The position numbers were made by a program, and so were the translations under genes. 64,000 bases of DNA from Tetramitus jugosus (taxonomy: Eukaryota > Protista > Heterolobosea): contig OW569363.1 of assembly GCA_937625935.1 (NCBI GenBank), forward strand, positions 62,001 through 126,000. The letters are read 5' to 3'. Positions 63,428 through 64,000 of this stretch are shown here, in pieces. The notes under the pieces were generated by a model. It searched no databases and had not been told where the DNA came from. It saw only the letters and a program-made list of their open reading frames with translations. How positions within the stretch are numbered: the stretch's first letter is position 1; each line of letters opens with the position of its first letter.

Positions 63428-64000
63428 ATGCAGGAAAGCAACCTTTTAGTCAGTTTGATGATTGAGTCCTTTTCATCTTTACAACAACGAGCAGAAGAAA
63501 CCACCACAGAAATTTTTTGTATTCCAAATTTCAAGCTTTTCTCGTCCAAAGCTTTCAACGATATCCACAGCAAAACCACCAAGAAACACTAACAACAAAA
63601 CAACAAAACCCATACACCATACCACAAGAGTTTTTTAGGTCACAAACGTCATGCCACCAAAAATCACAAGTGAAGAACCAGTCACCAACACAACCAATGA
63701 CCAACAACAAGGAGAACAAGGTGAAGAGCTCTATCCCATTCAAGCTCTGGTGCAAAATGAACTAGGTGAGTTTGAAGAACAAACTGTGATGCTAACACGA
63801 GAGCAATTGATTCAATTGATGAATCATATGGCCAATCAACTCACAGGAGTGTATTCCAAGGAGCTGCTACAGCTGTTACTGGAAAGCTTGAGCACAAAAT
63901 CACTGGTAGAGTACTGTTTTAGAGCCAATTGGAATGGGAGTGCACTGGGAACTGGGCCACTGTTTAGAGCTCGTTTCCATACTGAGCAATGGAACGTCAA
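63428..64000 (+). CDS. Hypothetical protein, 5' part (possible intron 63519-63638); runs off the window end
   Basis: The frame is open from 63593 to the end with protein-like sequence (ELYPIQALVQNELGEFEEQ...). A GTATT..TTAG intron would remove the in-frame stop at 63590. Confidence 0.4.

Noticed and set aside
1-64000. CRISPR arrays, prokaryotic operons or an alternative genetic code
   Set aside because: No repeat-spacer arrays are present, the gene structure is eukaryotic, and conserved proteins end at TAA, TAG and TGA as in the standard code.

Overview
Gene-dense, intron-poor nuclear DNA from a eukaryotic microbe. Evidence: GT-AG introns of 34-348 nt, (CAA)n/poly-A rich UTRs, N/Q/T/S low-complexity proteins, intron-containing tRNAs and a eukaryote-type 5S rRNA. 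The style suggests a discoban, possibly heterolobosean, protist, but that is inference only. The window holds about 33 protein genes, 3 tRNA genes, one 5S rRNA and one apparently intact 5.1-kb APE-type non-LTR retrotransposon. The most notable observations are: (1) the retrotransposon has a 21-bp TSD and a TTTT/AA nick site 36 nt upstream of a tRNA-Glu gene, with its 5' end facing the tRNA, inside a 5S/tRNA Pol III cluster, which resembles Dictyostelium TRE5 tRNA targeting; (2) a gp91-type NADPH oxidase has a complete SH3 domain inserted in its NADPH-binding lobe; (3) a GT48 beta-1,3-glucan synthase and a GH81+CBM52-like beta-1,3-glucanase form a head-to-head pair; (4) an AspRS copy has lost about 60 nt and its motif 3 is frameshifted; (5) there is an orphan Pol-beta-type nucleotidyltransferase, several degenerate GTPase/GAP proteins, and a candidate structured ncRNA next to the 5S gene. 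All family calls come from motif recognition by eye; no database searches were run.
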